From Candidatus Saccharimonadales bacterium (GTDB taxonomy: Bacteria > Patescibacteriota > Saccharimonadia > Saccharimonadales > DATIHP01), in contig DATIHP010000045.1 in assembly GCA_035480495.1 (NCBI GenBank), forward strand, positions 1 through 41,255: a stretch of 41,255 bases of DNA. The letters are read 5' to 3'. Under the pieces are notes generated by a model. That model was not told the DNA's origin, searched no databases, and worked only from the letters and a program-made list of their open reading frames with translations. The position numbers and the translations under genes were made by a program. Shown one piece after another: positions 23,993-35,910 of the stretch. Positions within the stretch are counted from its first letter, which is position 1. Each line of letters begins with the position of its first letter.

Positions 23993-24373
23993 CTAATTTT
24001 GGAACCATTGGCGGGCGGTAGCTTCGTCAGCTTTCATCGCCACCAGCAGCTCGTCAACCGAATCAAATGTCTGGTTAGGGCGATGGTATTTCCGGATATC
24101 GAGCTTCAGCTCAAGCCCGTAATAATCCTTGTCCTCAATATCTAGCAGCCAAGCTTCGATGCGGCGCCCGCGGTCGCCGACAGTCGTCGGCGTACCGATA
24201 AATATGAGCGCCGGATGATGGCTGTAGACACCCATATTTGCAAAGCCGTAATATACCCCGTCCTTCAACGAGGTTTTAGTAGTAAGGTTGGCCGTCGGGT
24301 AGCCTAGTTTACGGCCGTTGCCGGCAAAGCGGGTTATTGTTCCTGTAAGGCTGGCAGGTAAGCTGACTGGCAT
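23993..24373 (-). CDS. monofunctional riboflavin kinase
   Basis: 126 aa matching the C-terminal RFK half of RibF: GNGRKLGYPTANL, DGVYYG, FIGTPTT, IEAWLLD...DYYG, and R...TFDSVDELLVAMKAD. No FAD-synthetase domain is present. Confidence 0.8.
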   Translation of the reverse strand: MPVSLPASLTGTITRFAGNGRKLGYPTANLTTKTSLKDGVYYGFANMGVYSHHPALIFIGTPTTVGDRGRRIEAWLLDIEDKDYYGLELKLDIRKYHRPNQTFDSVDELLVAMKADEATARQWFQN

Positions 24374-24377
24374 ATGG

Positions 24378-25175
24378 TTAGCGGACCGTGAACAATAATA
24401 AAAGGAGGAGTCCCAGAGCTATCCGGTAGTAGGCAAAAACGTGAAGCCCATGCTTGCCCAGATACCCCAGCATGAACCGGATGGCGGCAAGGCCGCTGAT
24501 AAGGGCGGTGGCGATACCGATGACAAAGACTGCTTGGTCCTGTTTGGCAGCATGTAGCACTCCGCCTTCGGTAAAGACTTTCAAGACCGCGCCGGCGGTA
24601 ATCGGTATACCGAGCAGGAAGGAGAACCGGGTAGCAGCCAAGCGGTCCAAGCCTGTGAACAGGCCGGCGGTGATGGTGCTGCCGGAACGTGATACCCCAG
24701 GTACTACGGCGATAGCTTGGGCGAAACCCATCGTCAAGGCCTGCGACGTTTTGATGCCGTCAAGTTGGGTGTGCTTCTGGCGCCGTTGATAATAATGTTC
24801 AGCCAATAGCATGACAGCTCCGAACAATAGCATGGTGACGCCAACCAGACGCACGGAGCGGAACTGCGATTCGGCTTTGCTCTCCAGCAAAAAGCCAATG
24901 ATGGCGGCCGGGATGGTCGCTGCTATCAATAGATACGCCAGCTTGGTATGTTCACTCTTCTTAAATAAGGCGGCGGCATAAACCCATAAGTCCTTCCAGA
25001 AATAGGCGATAAGCGCCACCAAGGTCCCGAAGTGCAACGCGACATCGAACGATAGGCCTGTTTCGAACACCCCTAGGGCATGATGCGCCAGTATCAGGTG
25101 TCCTGAGCTGGAAATCGGCAGAAACTCCGTCAACCCCTGGATGAGACCTAAGATAATGGCTTGGATAATACTCAC
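24378..25175 (-). CDS. uppP: undecaprenyl-diphosphate phosphatase
   Basis: 265 aa. It has the hallmark N-terminus IQGLTEFLPISSSGHLIL, a later PGVSRSG motif, and about 8 TM helices. Confidence 0.95.
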   Translation of the reverse strand: MSIIQAIILGLIQGLTEFLPISSSGHLILAHHALGVFETGLSFDVALHFGTLVALIAYFWKDLWVYAAALFKKSEHTKLAYLLIAATIPAAIIGFLLESKAESQFRSVRLVGVTMLLFGAVMLLAEHYYQRRQKHTQLDGIKTSQALTMGFAQAIAVVPGVSRSGSTITAGLFTGLDRLAATRFSFLLGIPITAGAVLKVFTEGGVLHAAKQDQAVFVIGIATALISGLAAIRFMLGYLGKHGLHVFAYYRIALGLLLLLLFTVR

Positions 25176-25191
25176 GGGTATCTAGTATAAC

Positions 25192-25989
25192 CTAGCGCTG
25201 GTAAATGTCGCGCTTCTGAAATACGACGGCTGACACGACCAGTAATATGGCTATTATGCCGACCATGACAATGACATTACTTCCTTTGAGCCCATACAAG
25301 GCAATGCCCGGGTTGTTGTAGTAGTGGAACAATGAAAGTTTCTCGGGCCTGGCGAGCCAGGAAACGCTGCCAGCGAACGAAGTTATCATATAAAAACTGA
25401 ATGTAAGCAGGCCGGCTACACTGCCGGCCAGACCTTTTTTGCCGGTTATCGCCCCAAACATGAAGCCTATGCTGCCGCAAGCTACGGTGAGCAGCCACAC
25501 GCCGACGACGGCCTGGAACAGACGTACCAGATTCATGTGTTCATGAATTAACGCGGTACCTAGCATCACACCTGCTATGGCACTGGCACAGATGACGAAA
25601 CTTATGAACAAACCGGCCAGGAATTTTTCCAATAGCAGTTGCAAACGGGAGATTGGTTGGGTCAGCAGGGTCTGTAGCGTACCTTCGCTCTCATCGCCCG
25701 CAATTAAGCCGGTGAACAATACTATTCCCATTATCAGCGTCAGCAACGGGATACGCAGTGCGAAAACCTCCTGCGACACATAACCGCCGACTGTCTTGAG
25801 CTCGTTCAGGTTGCCGACTAATCCCTGGAATGATTTAGGTAAGTTCTTCAGGAGTTCATCAAAGCCGCCGCCTGAGAATGAGTGGTAAAAGGCCATCATG
25901 AGTAGCGCCATGCCGATTACACCGATACTCCAAAACAGCATCATCCAACGCTTCTCATAGATTGTTTTGGTGAACACGGAACTAAACAT
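25192..25989 (-). CDS. ABC-2 family transporter permease
   Basis: 265 aa with about 6 TM helices. Its start overlaps the stop of the upstream ATPase gene (GATGTTTAG). Confidence 0.75.
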   Translation of the reverse strand: MFSSVFTKTIYEKRWMMLFWSIGVIGMALLMMAFYHSFSGGGFDELLKNLPKSFQGLVGNLNELKTVGGYVSQEVFALRIPLLTLIMGIVLFTGLIAGDESEGTLQTLLTQPISRLQLLLEKFLAGLFISFVICASAIAGVMLGTALIHEHMNLVRLFQAVVGVWLLTVACGSIGFMFGAITGKKGLAGSVAGLLTFSFYMITSFAGSVSWLARPEKLSLFHYYNNPGIALYGLKGSNVIVMVGIIAILLVVSAVVFQKRDIYQR

Positions 25990-26881
25990 CCGCTTCCTCC
26001 TGATAATATTTCATGAATGCCGTTTCCAGGTCAGTCTCAGTGATGGTCACATCCAGAACCTTATGGCGTCCCAGCAGTGCTAACAACGGATTTATATCTC
26101 CGCGCATGGTGAGTGTTACGCTTTTGGTCTCACGCGTCTGTATCTTGACTGACGGCAGTCTGCTGATTGCTGTCACTAATTTCGCGTCGTCGGTTGCGAC
26201 GTGGATGTGCTTACTGGTGGAGTCGGACAGCTCATTGATGGTCTTCACCGCAATCAGCTCGCCTTCCCGGATAAAAGCTATCTGGTCGCACTAAACCTGC
26301 ACTTCGGGCAGGGTATGCGACGATATGAACGCCGTCCTGCCTTTGCGCTGATGTTCGGAAATGATGTTATTGAACTCAGCCTGGATGAGTGGATCCAGCC
26401 CGGTGGTCGGTTCGTCAAAAATCAGTAGTTCTGGCTCGTGCATCAACGCGGAAATCAGGCCGACTTTTTGGCGGTTGCCCCGGGACAAGGCCTTGAATTT
26501 CTTGTTTAGGTCGCAGGACAGCCGCTGGGCCAGTTCAGTCACATATTTTTTATTCAACCCTCCTGTGCGTAGATGGGCAAAGTATTCCAATTGTTGCCAG
26601 CCTGTCAGGTCATTATCCAGTGCGAAGTCACCCGCCAAAAAACCGGTACGCTGGCGGATGGCCACCCCATCCTTCTGGGCATCCATTCCAAAGATGCTGA
26701 CCGTGCCGCTCGTTGGCCGTATAAGGTCGACGAGCATACTGATGGTAGTCGTCTTGCCTGCGCCGTTAGGCCCAAGGAATCCGAAGATAGTGCCTTCCGG
26801 GATCTTCAACGATACGTCGCTCACGCCGCGGCTGGAACCATAGTTCTTCGTCAGCCGGTCCAACTCAATCAGGGTAGCCAT
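25982..26881 (-). pseudogene. ABC transporter ATP-binding gene interrupted by a single in-frame TAG at 26291-26293, otherwise intact
   Basis: The N-terminal part (26291..26881) has Walker A GPNGAGKTT, signature LSRGNRQKV, Walker B LLIFDEPTTGLD and H-loop SSHTL. Reading through the TAG in the same frame continues ...PEVQV*CDQIAFIREGELIA..., the expected post-H-loop sequence, down to the stop at 25982. The total is 900 nt, so the frame is preserved. Confidence 0.7.
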
Positions 26882-26890
26882 CGGTCTTAA

Positions 26891-27343
26891 TTATACCCTG
26901 GCCTTGAGTTGGCTCAGACGCGGTATGAAACTTTGGGCGGCACCTTCCAGGCCTAATACCCTGAGCGCCCCGATAAGTACGTAAAGTTCATCCAGTTCAT
27001 GGTTCTTGAGCGCCGGCTGCTGTTCGGCTTGTTTGAACCGGAACTCTACTTTCTCTACCAACCATTTTTCGTCGCCGGGCTTAATTTCATTAGTTGGCAG
27101 CTTTGGACTGTCTTCAGCCTGGACCACTTCCAGCGAACGGGCCGAATGGTCGCGTTTTTGGACGTGTCCGCGTTTGATAAGGTTATTGACATGCAGGGCT
27201 ACCGTCGCAACGGATGAATAATTGAGCCCTGCCATGATTTCGCGGTAACTGGGGCTATAGCCATGCTCGGCAATGAAAGCTTCGATATAAGCGAGCAGTT
27301 CGCGTTGTTTTTTTGTTGGCCGAGTGGTTTGTTGTTCAGGCAT
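26891..27343 (-). CDS. LexA-type winged-helix DNA-binding protein lacking the S24 peptidase domain
   Basis: From ATG 27343, KKQRELLAYIEAFIAEHGYSPSYREIMAGLNYSSVATVALHVNNLIKRGHV matches the LexA N-terminal domain pattern. The C-terminal ~70 aa are helical with no Ser/Lys dyad region. The track ORF extends to 27463 and overlaps the GtrA-like gene. Confidence 0.65.
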   Translation of the reverse strand: MPEQQTTRPTKKQRELLAYIEAFIAEHGYSPSYREIMAGLNYSSVATVALHVNNLIKRGHVQKRDHSARSLEVVQAEDSPKLPTNEIKPGDEKWLVEKVEFRFKQAEQQPALKNHELDELYVLIGALRVLGLEGAAQSFIPRLSQLKARV

Positions 27344-27770
27344 GGTGCCGAATCCGTTTATGATGTCCTTGTCCACGGAACACCCAGGCTTTGTACCACA
27401 TGTAGTTCCAGACGGTAAAGAAACCGGCGGCGATAAATTGGCCGATTGCGACCACCACGCCAATGTGCCTCAAGCCTGCAAGAATTAAATAATTCAACAG
27501 AAAGGCATTCAGTGCCGTATAGATTATGTAGCGTTGGGTGGCTGTTATCAACGTGGCCGGGCGATTGGTTTTAAAGGCCCAGTAGCGCTCAATGATAAAA
27601 TTCAGGGTTATGCCTACGGCATTACCAATGAAATTAGCCCAAAACAGCGGCATTTTATCGGCTAGAAGGACAATGATGATGTAACCGCTCCAAAACCAAA
27701 CGCCGCCTCCAATCATGTATTCGCCAAATCGGGTCAGTTCTCTGCGTCGGCTTTTTTTGAGCTTTTTCAT
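27336..27770 (-). CDS. GtrA-family membrane protein
   Basis: 144 aa with 4 TM helices and the typical GNAVGITLNFIIERYWAFK motif. Confidence 0.8.
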   Translation of the reverse strand: MKKLKKSRRRELTRFGEYMIGGGVWFWSGYIIIVLLADKMPLFWANFIGNAVGITLNFIIERYWAFKTNRPATLITATQRYIIYTALNAFLLNYLILAGLRHIGVVVAIGQFIAAGFFTVWNYMWYKAWVFRGQGHHKRIRHHA

Positions 27771-27833
27771 AGTGCTTACGTTCTCACCAAGTATACCAGT
27801 TCCCTTGATGAGAAGTGTTACAATTAACTCCAG

Positions 27834-29255
27834 ATGAAAAACAATGCGACTTTGGCTTATTCGTTTCTGTTAATAATTGGTGATTTTTTGGCCGTGCTCG
27901 CTGCTTTCAGTCTAGCTTATATTTTGCGCGTTAAGTTTGATACCCGTCCACTTATACAACAGATCCCAGCCTTCACGTACTTTTTTGCCTTGGCTGCCGT
28001 TTTACCATTGTGGATTTTGGTACACGCCTTTATAGGCCTCTATAACCAGGACATCTATGAAAGACGGTTTGCAGAACTCGGGCGTTTATTCGTCGGTTCT
28101 ATCTTGGGCATGCTGGTGGTCATCGGCTATGAGTTTGTCGCCCAAAAAGGTTTGTTCCCGGCCCGTTTGGTAGCCGTTTACGGATTTGCGCTGGGGTTTG
28201 GCTTCTTGGTACTGTTTCGGACTTTTGCGCAGATGATACGTCGTTCGCTGTACAGCGTTGGCGTTGGCATCAGCAATGTCCTGGTCATCGGTGACACCAA
28301 GGCCACGGATGAAATTGTCGAAGCCATCTGGAATACCGCTAAGACCGGGCAATTGGTCTTAGCTGTCGTGGGCGGGAAAGTTGATGGTTTCAAATCGTAT
28401 GAGTCGTTTGAGGACGCCATCAACCGCTTGCGCCGGCCTATCCATAGCATCATCCAGACGGAATTGTACCGGGACCAGGACAAGAATAACGCCATCTTGC
28501 GCTATGCCCAGGAAAATCATGTGTCGTACCGGTTCGTGCCAGGTAATACCGACCTATTCGTCGGCAACATCGCGGTGGAGCTTTTCGGCGGTCTTCCAAT
28601 GATAGCCGTACATCAGACGGCCTTGACCGGTTGGGGCCGCATCGCCAAACGATTGTTCGATTTAATGTTCAGTGTCATTTTGTTGTTGCTGCTCAGCCCT
28701 TTCATGCTTATCATCGCTATTTTGGTCAAGTTGTTGTCGCCGCGCGGCCCGGTTTTCTTGCGCCAGACGCGCTTGACGCGCCATAACCGTGAATTCAAAG
28801 TGTTCAAGTTCCGTACGCACAAACCCTCTATCAACGGTCTGAGCGACCAGGCCGCCTTTGCCAAACTTGGCAAGCCTGAGCTGTATGCCCGCTACAAAGC
28901 CAACGGTTACGTCCTGCAGAACGATCCGCGTATCACACCGTTCGGCCGTTTCCTCAGACGGACCAGCCTGGATGAACTGCCTCAGTTATTCAATGTACTG
29001 AGCGGCGATATCAGTCTGGTAGGTCCGCGGGCGCTCATCGCCAGTGAACTGAATACCTATGACAAGAAACATGCTATCTTGAGCGTCAAATCCGGTATGA
29101 CCGGCCTGGCCCAGATATCGGGACGGCGGGACATTAGCTTTGATGAGCGGCGTACGTTGGACGTCTATTATGTCCAGAACTGGAGCTTCTGGAATGATAT
29201 CGTCATCCTGCTCAAGACGCTCAAAGCGGTATTCGGTGGAATCGGGGCGAAGTGA
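27834..29255 (+). CDS. polyprenyl-phosphate glycosyl-1-phosphate transferase (WbaP/EpsB-like priming sugar transferase)
   Basis: 473 aa with N-terminal TM helices. The C-terminal Bac_transf block reads KRLFDLMFSVILLLLLSPFMLI...PVFLRQTR...FKVFKFRT...DPRITPFGRFLRRTSLDELPQLFNVLSGDISLVGPRA. Confidence 0.9.
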   Translation: MKNNATLAYSFLLIIGDFLAVLAAFSLAYILRVKFDTRPLIQQIPAFTYFFALAAVLPLWILVHAFIGLYNQDIYERRFAELGRLFVGSILGMLVVIGYEFVAQKGLFPARLVAVYGFALGFGFLVLFRTFAQMIRRSLYSVGVGISNVLVIGDTKATDEIVEAIWNTAKTGQLVLAVVGGKVDGFKSYESFEDAINRLRRPIHSIIQTELYRDQDKNNAILRYAQENHVSYRFVPGNTDLFVGNIAVELFGGLPMIAVHQTALTGWGRIAKRLFDLMFSVILLLLLSPFMLIIAILVKLLSPRGPVFLRQTRLTRHNREFKVFKFRTHKPSINGLSDQAAFAKLGKPELYARYKANGYVLQNDPRITPFGRFLRRTSLDELPQLFNVLSGDISLVGPRALIASELNTYDKKHAILSVKSGMTGLAQISGRRDISFDERRTLDVYYVQNWSFWNDIVILLKTLKAVFGGIGAK

Positions 29256-30343
29256 AAGTTGCCATCGTACATGACTGGCTAATCGGCGGCGGCGCCGAAC
29301 GCGTAGTGTATGAACTGCACCAGTTGTTTCCGGATGCGCCTATTTATACTTCCTACGCGACCGATGAGTGGCGCGATAAGTTGGACGGCAAGGTAGTGAC
29401 CGGCTACCTGCAGCACTTCCCGCGTCTGCGTAAATACCTGCCGGTGCTGCGTGCCCATTGGTTTTCTCATCTCAATCTTGACAGCTACGATCTCATTATT
29501 AGCAGCTCGGGTGCTGAAGCCAAAGGTGTGTGCGTCAAGAAGCCGGCAGTCCACATCAACTATTGCCACGCCCCCACTCATTATTACTGGGACCGTTATG
29601 ACGATTATCTAAAGAGCCCCGGTTTCCCATTGGGACTCAACTGGTTAGGCAGGTTTGGGCTCAAGCTTTTAGTTGGTCCTATGCGGCGGTGGGATTATAA
29701 GGCCGCCCAGCGGCCGGATTTTATGATTGCCAACTCAACTCACACTAAGGCTAAGATCAAACAATACTACGGACGTGATTCAGTCGTAATCCATCCGCCG
29801 GTCGACACCGCACGTTTTGCTCATACCACTAATCAGCAACGGGCGGGATTCGTAACCGCCGGTCGGCAGACCCCATATAAACGCATCGATTTGGCGGTCG
29901 CAGCCTGCACGGAGCTTAGTTTGCCGCTTACCGTTATCGGCGATGGGCCGGACCACCATAAACTTGTTACCATGGCCGGACCGACCATTAGATTTATCAC
30001 TGATGCGTCGGACGGACAGGTCGCTGAGCATTTGGCAGCAGCCAAGGCGTTTGTTTTCCCGGGCGTCGATGATTTCGGCATAACGGCCGTAGAGGCGCTG
30101 GCTGCCGGCACGCCTGTTATAGCTTATAAGGGCGGCGGAGCATTAGATTATGTGACGGAGGGCAAAACCGGTATGTTTTTTGACGAACAGTCCGCTGAAT
30201 GCTTGGCTAGTTGCCTAAAAAACTTCAAATCGTCAGCTTTTGATTCTGGTATTATCAAACAGCAAGCCGAAATGTTTTCCGTACATAATTTCCCTATGAA
30301 TATAGAGCATTTTATTAAAAGCTTAGGAGATTTTCATGGATAA
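29252..30343 (+). CDS. glycosyltransferase family 4 (GT-B fold)
   Basis: 363 aa. The C-terminal E-x7-E-type region is FGITAVEALAAGTPVIAYKGGGALDYVTEGKTGMFF. A 4-nt overlap couples it to the upstream gene. Confidence 0.8.
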   Translation: MKVAIVHDWLIGGGAERVVYELHQLFPDAPIYTSYATDEWRDKLDGKVVTGYLQHFPRLRKYLPVLRAHWFSHLNLDSYDLIISSSGAEAKGVCVKKPAVHINYCHAPTHYYWDRYDDYLKSPGFPLGLNWLGRFGLKLLVGPMRRWDYKAAQRPDFMIANSTHTKAKIKQYYGRDSVVIHPPVDTARFAHTTNQQRAGFVTAGRQTPYKRIDLAVAACTELSLPLTVIGDGPDHHKLVTMAGPTIRFITDASDGQVAEHLAAAKAFVFPGVDDFGITAVEALAAGTPVIAYKGGGALDYVTEGKTGMFFDEQSAECLASCLKNFKSSAFDSGIIKQQAEMFSVHNFPMNIEHFIKSLGDFHG

Positions 30344-31682
30344 CTTAGGGGAAATTTTTAAGTCATACGACATCCGTGGCAAAGTCGGTAGTCAGCTTAA
30401 TCCCGCAGTTGTTAAAGCAATCGCTCGCGTTTTTGCTGATTGGCTTCCTACCGAAGGTCCGATAGTAGTCGGCCATGATATGCGTGCCGATTCTAGAACG
30501 CTCGCTGATGAACTTATCCAAGGACTGGTTGAACAAGGCAGAGACGTCTGGGATATAGGCCTCGCGACCAGTGATATGGTTTATTTTTCTCCCGGTAAGT
30601 TCGATTTAGCTGGAGGCGCCATGATTACCGCCAGTCATAATCCAGGTGAGTATAACGGCATAAAGTTTTGCCGGGAAAAAGCGTTGCCGGTAGGCTTGGA
30701 ATCCGGGCTTGATGAAATCCGCGACCGTTTTTTGGCCGATAAGGTTTCAGCCAAAGCCAGCACGCCGGGTAAGGCAATCAAAAAAGAGGTGCTTTCGGAT
30801 TGGATAAGCCATGTCATGAGCTTTATCGACCCGGCTAAGATCAAGCCTTTTAGGATAGGTATTGACGCGGGCAACGGGATGGGCGGGCTGACTGCTCCTT
30901 TATTTGCCGCAAAATTACCTATAGACGTAACTCCTCTATATTTTGAGCTTGACGGGACCTTCCCGAACCATGAGGCAAATCCCATGAAAGTGGAGACGCT
31001 GTCTGATTTATCCACTCTCATCAAAAATCAGAAACTTGATTTCGGGATTGCTTTTGACGGTGACGCTGACCGCATGGCGTTGGTTGACGAAAAAGGCCAG
31101 CCGGTCACTGGCAGCATGACGTGTGCTTTATTAAGCAAATATGTACTGGAAAAATATCCCGGCTCAACTATAGTGCACGATCTACGTATGAGTCGTTCGA
31201 CCGTAGACTTAATCCACAAGCTTGGCGGAGCGACCAACCGTACCAAGGTAGGCAATACTATAATCAAAGAGGCAGCCCGTAAGTATGACGCGGCATTTGG
31301 TGGCGAAATCACCGGGCACTTTATGTTCAAGGATAATTATTTCGTTGATTCAGGGTTATTAGCTGCGGCCATAGCCATTGAAGTTCTATCAGAAGCTGAT
31401 TTCACGCTTTCCGAATTTGTTGGTACTTACGACACCTATGTTCATACTCCCGAAATCAATCTGCATGCTGACGATTCAAAAGCCGCACTTGAAACAATCG
31501 CCAGTACCTTTAGCGATGGGGAAATAGACTGGCTAGACGGTTTAACAGTGCAGTATGAAGACGCATGGTTTAATGTGCGGCCTAGCAATACAGAGCCAGT
31601 AATGCGCTTTAATATTGAGGCAAAAACAAAGGAACAGTTAGATGAGCTTGTGACAAAAGTTCGTGGACTTATCAAACAATAG
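30336..31682 (+). CDS. phosphomannomutase/phosphoglucomutase
   Basis: 448 aa with the phosphoserine loop TASHNPGEYNGIK and the metal-binding loop FDGDADRM. Confidence 0.9.
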   Translation: MDNLGEIFKSYDIRGKVGSQLNPAVVKAIARVFADWLPTEGPIVVGHDMRADSRTLADELIQGLVEQGRDVWDIGLATSDMVYFSPGKFDLAGGAMITASHNPGEYNGIKFCREKALPVGLESGLDEIRDRFLADKVSAKASTPGKAIKKEVLSDWISHVMSFIDPAKIKPFRIGIDAGNGMGGLTAPLFAAKLPIDVTPLYFELDGTFPNHEANPMKVETLSDLSTLIKNQKLDFGIAFDGDADRMALVDEKGQPVTGSMTCALLSKYVLEKYPGSTIVHDLRMSRSTVDLIHKLGGATNRTKVGNTIIKEAARKYDAAFGGEITGHFMFKDNYFVDSGLLAAAIAIEVLSEADFTLSEFVGTYDTYVHTPEINLHADDSKAALETIASTFSDGEIDWLDGLTVQYEDAWFNVRPSNTEPVMRFNIEAKTKEQLDELVTKVRGLIKQ

Positions 31683-31697
31683 ACTTTCTGTTGCCTA

Positions 31698-32150
31698 TTA
31701 TTTTTTGTGCCCAAGTGCCTGGTTGATACGCGTGGACGAATCACGTTTCTCAACTTCGTGACTTCCAATCCCAAAAACCGTTTTTATGTTGCAGTCAACG
31801 CATGATTGTGTCTCGTTTTCTGGCAGTGCGTGCTTATTTGGGTCCCTATCGCCTCCATTGGCAAAAATTAGTTCATCGTTCGGATATAGTGCTCTGATTT
31901 TTCTCAAAGTTAATGCCTGCCCGAAATCTTTATCAACCGATAAAACCACCTCGTCAACGAGACGGAGTGAACGTACTAAACGCATGCGGTTTTGCTCATC
32001 TAGAATAACTTTACCCTTTTTTAGAACTTGTGCCTTGTCGTTGTTAACGACAACTATCAAATAGTCGCCAAGCCCCTTTGCCGCCTCAATCATATCTAAA
32101 TGCCCGCCATGCAAAGGATTGAAATAGCCGCTAACTATCACTCGTTTCAT
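31698..32150 (-). CDS. cytidylyl/adenylyl-transferase family protein (TagD / RfaE domain II-like)
   Basis: 150 aa. VSGYFNPLHGGHLDMI is an HxGH nucleotidyltransferase motif, and the size matches glycerol-3-P cytidylyltransferase-like enzymes. Confidence 0.7.
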   Translation of the reverse strand: MKRVIVSGYFNPLHGGHLDMIEAAKGLGDYLIVVVNNDKAQVLKKGKVILDEQNRMRLVRSLRLVDEVVLSVDKDFGQALTLRKIRALYPNDELIFANGGDRDPNKHALPENETQSCVDCNIKTVFGIGSHEVEKRDSSTRINQALGHKK

Positions 32151-32207
32151 CGTCTATACCTTATCATAAATTATCTGACATTTTGTTCGCCACCACATAG
32201 AAATTGA

Positions 32208-33765
<1,558 letters not shown>

Positions 33766-33766
<1 letters not shown>

Positions 33767-34617
33767 TGGATGATTCGAAGATATTTATCGTAGGGGCGAA
33801 GGGGCAGCTTGGCTTGGCCCTGCAGGCCCAATATCCGGGTGCCCAGAACGCCGATATTGACGAACTTGATATCACGGACAAAAAATCAGTCGAACGGTTC
33901 GATTGGTCAGGGATTGAAGTTATCTTAAATGCTGCGGCATATACCAATGTCGACGGTGCCGAGACAGCTGAAGGCCGGGTAAGCGCTTGGGCCGTGAACG
34001 CCGATGCGGTGGCCAATCTTGTGGCCGTCTCAGCTCAACACGATATGACCATCATCCATATCTCGACCGATTATGTGTTTGACGGCACGCGTACCCCCCA
34101 CACTGAAGACGAACCATTCAGTCCCCTGTCTGTCTATGGCGCTTCTAAAGCCGCCGGCGATCTCATCATCTCACTTGCTCCCAAATTCTATATATTACGC
34201 ACTTCCTGGGTCATCGGCGAGGGCAAGAACTTTGTCCGCACCATGTTGGAACTTGGCCAAAAAGGCGTGTCGCCTTCCGTGGTTGCCGACCAAATCGGAC
34301 GGCTGACCTTCACCAGTGAACTGGTCCGTGCAATTGACCATCTTCTTACATCCCAGACAGCGCCAGGCACATACAATGTCAGCAATGAGGGCACTCCAGC
34401 CAGCTGGGCGGATATTACGCGAGAAATATTCAAGGACGCCGGTTTTAACCTGGCAGTAACGGACACGACGACTGCTGAATATTACTCCGGCAAGACAGGT
34501 ATCGCACCGCGCCCCCTCCAGAGCACGCTTGACCTTGCCAAACTGCACGCGGCCGGCTTTGAAAGTCGCGATTGGAAAGATGACTTAGCGGAATACGTAA
34601 AAAAGGAGCTGAAATGA
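33766..34617 (+). CDS. rfbD: dTDP-4-dehydrorhamnose reductase
   Basis: 283 aa with [27 protein letters not shown] and YGASKAAGD. Confidence 0.9.
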
Positions 34618-35477
34618 AGGGCATTATTCTAGCCGGTGGATCCGGAACACGTCTCTATCCTATAACTAAGGGTATATCCAAGCAGCTCATGCCCATTTAT
34701 GACAAGCCCATGATTTATTATCCGCTCAGCACGCTTATGATGGCCGGCATCCGCGACATCCTGGTCATCACGACGTCGCACGAGCACGAGTCATTCCAAC
34801 GCTTGCTGGGTGACGGGTCAGATTGGGGCATCAAGCTCTCATATGCGACCCAGCCATCGCCTGACGGGCTCGCCCAGGCCTTCATAATCGGTGAGGAGTT
34901 CGTCGGCAGCGACAAGGTCGCACTGGTTCTTGGCGACAACATTTTTTATGGCCATGATTTTGGCGAGAGCCTCAAAGCCTGCACCGAGCGGGAGGGCGGG
35001 ACCATCTTTGCGTACCAGGTCGCTGACCCGGAGCGGTATGGCGTGGTAGAGTTCAACAAGAACATGCAAGCCGTATCGGTGGAAGAAAAACCTGAACATC
35101 CAAAGTCTAATTACGCCATCGTGGGACTGTATTTTTATGACAATGGCGTCGTTGATATCGCTAAGAGCATCGCACCGAGCGACCGTGGCGAGCTGGAGAT
35201 TACGGCTGTCAACGATGAGTACTTGAAACAAGGGAAGCTGAAAGTAGAGACTATGGGCCGCGGTTCGGCCTGGTTGGATACCGGCACGTTTGAATCCATG
35301 AATGATGCCAGCGAGTATATCCGGGTCATAGAGAAACGCACCGGACTCAAAATCGGCTGCCCGGAGGAAGTTGCTTACCATGAGGGCTTCATAGATGCCG
35401 GTCAGTTAGAGAAATTGGCCCAAGGTCTCGTCAAATCCGGTTATGGCAAATATTTAATGAATATCCTGCCTAAATAA
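34614..35477 (+). CDS. rfbA: glucose-1-phosphate thymidylyltransferase
   Basis: 287 aa starting [18 protein letters not shown], with [11 protein letters not shown] and LGDNIFYG. Confidence 0.95.
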   Translation: MKGIILAGGSGTRLYPITKGISKQLMPIYDKPMIYYPLSTLMMAGIRDILVITTSHEHESFQRLLGDGSDWGIKLSYATQPSPDGLAQAFIIGEEFVGSDKVALVLGDNIFYGHDFGESLKACTEREGGTIFAYQVADPERYGVVEFNKNMQAVSVEEKPEHPKSNYAIVGLYFYDNGVVDIAKSIAPSDRGELEITAVNDEYLKQGKLKVETMGRGSAWLDTGTFESMNDASEYIRVIEKRTGLKIGCPEEVAYHEGFIDAGQLEKLAQGLVKSGYGKYLMNILPK

Positions 35478-35905
35478 TGAGTAGAGTTAAGGGTTTGGTT
35501 AGCTACCTATATAAGCATCATCTAATCCGTTATCTGTTTGTTGGCGGAACGACCTTTATTATTGATGAAGGATTGCTCATATTACTGCACGGGGGTATGC
35601 ACTTCGCGGTTGCAGTCGCAACCTTTTTTGCTTACGTAGCAGCTTTTGTCTACAATTTTACGCTTAACCGATGGTGGACCTTCAGCGCGGCGGAGGCGGA
35701 AAGCTTGCGCAGACATATTGTTCCCTATTCTGTCTTGTTCGCGTTCAATCTGGTCTTTACCGTCATAGCGGTCAGTCTGCTCAGTCATGTAATGAATTAT
35801 GCACTCGCCAAACCGTTGGTAGTTATCGTACAGACTACCTGGAACTACTACATCTATAAGAATGTCATATTCGTAAAATCTGGGACGGTACCCCCGCTCG
35901 AATAG
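35477..35905 (+). CDS. GtrA-family membrane protein
   Basis: 142 aa with 4 TM helices, containing IRYLFVGGTTFIIDEG and NFTLNRWWTF. Confidence 0.8.
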   Translation: MSRVKGLVSYLYKHHLIRYLFVGGTTFIIDEGLLILLHGGMHFAVAVATFFAYVAAFVYNFTLNRWWTFSAAEAESLRRHIVPYSVLFAFNLVFTVIAVSLLSHVMNYALAKPLVVIVQTTWNYYIYKNVIFVKSGTVPPLE

Positions 35906-35910
35906 ATCGT

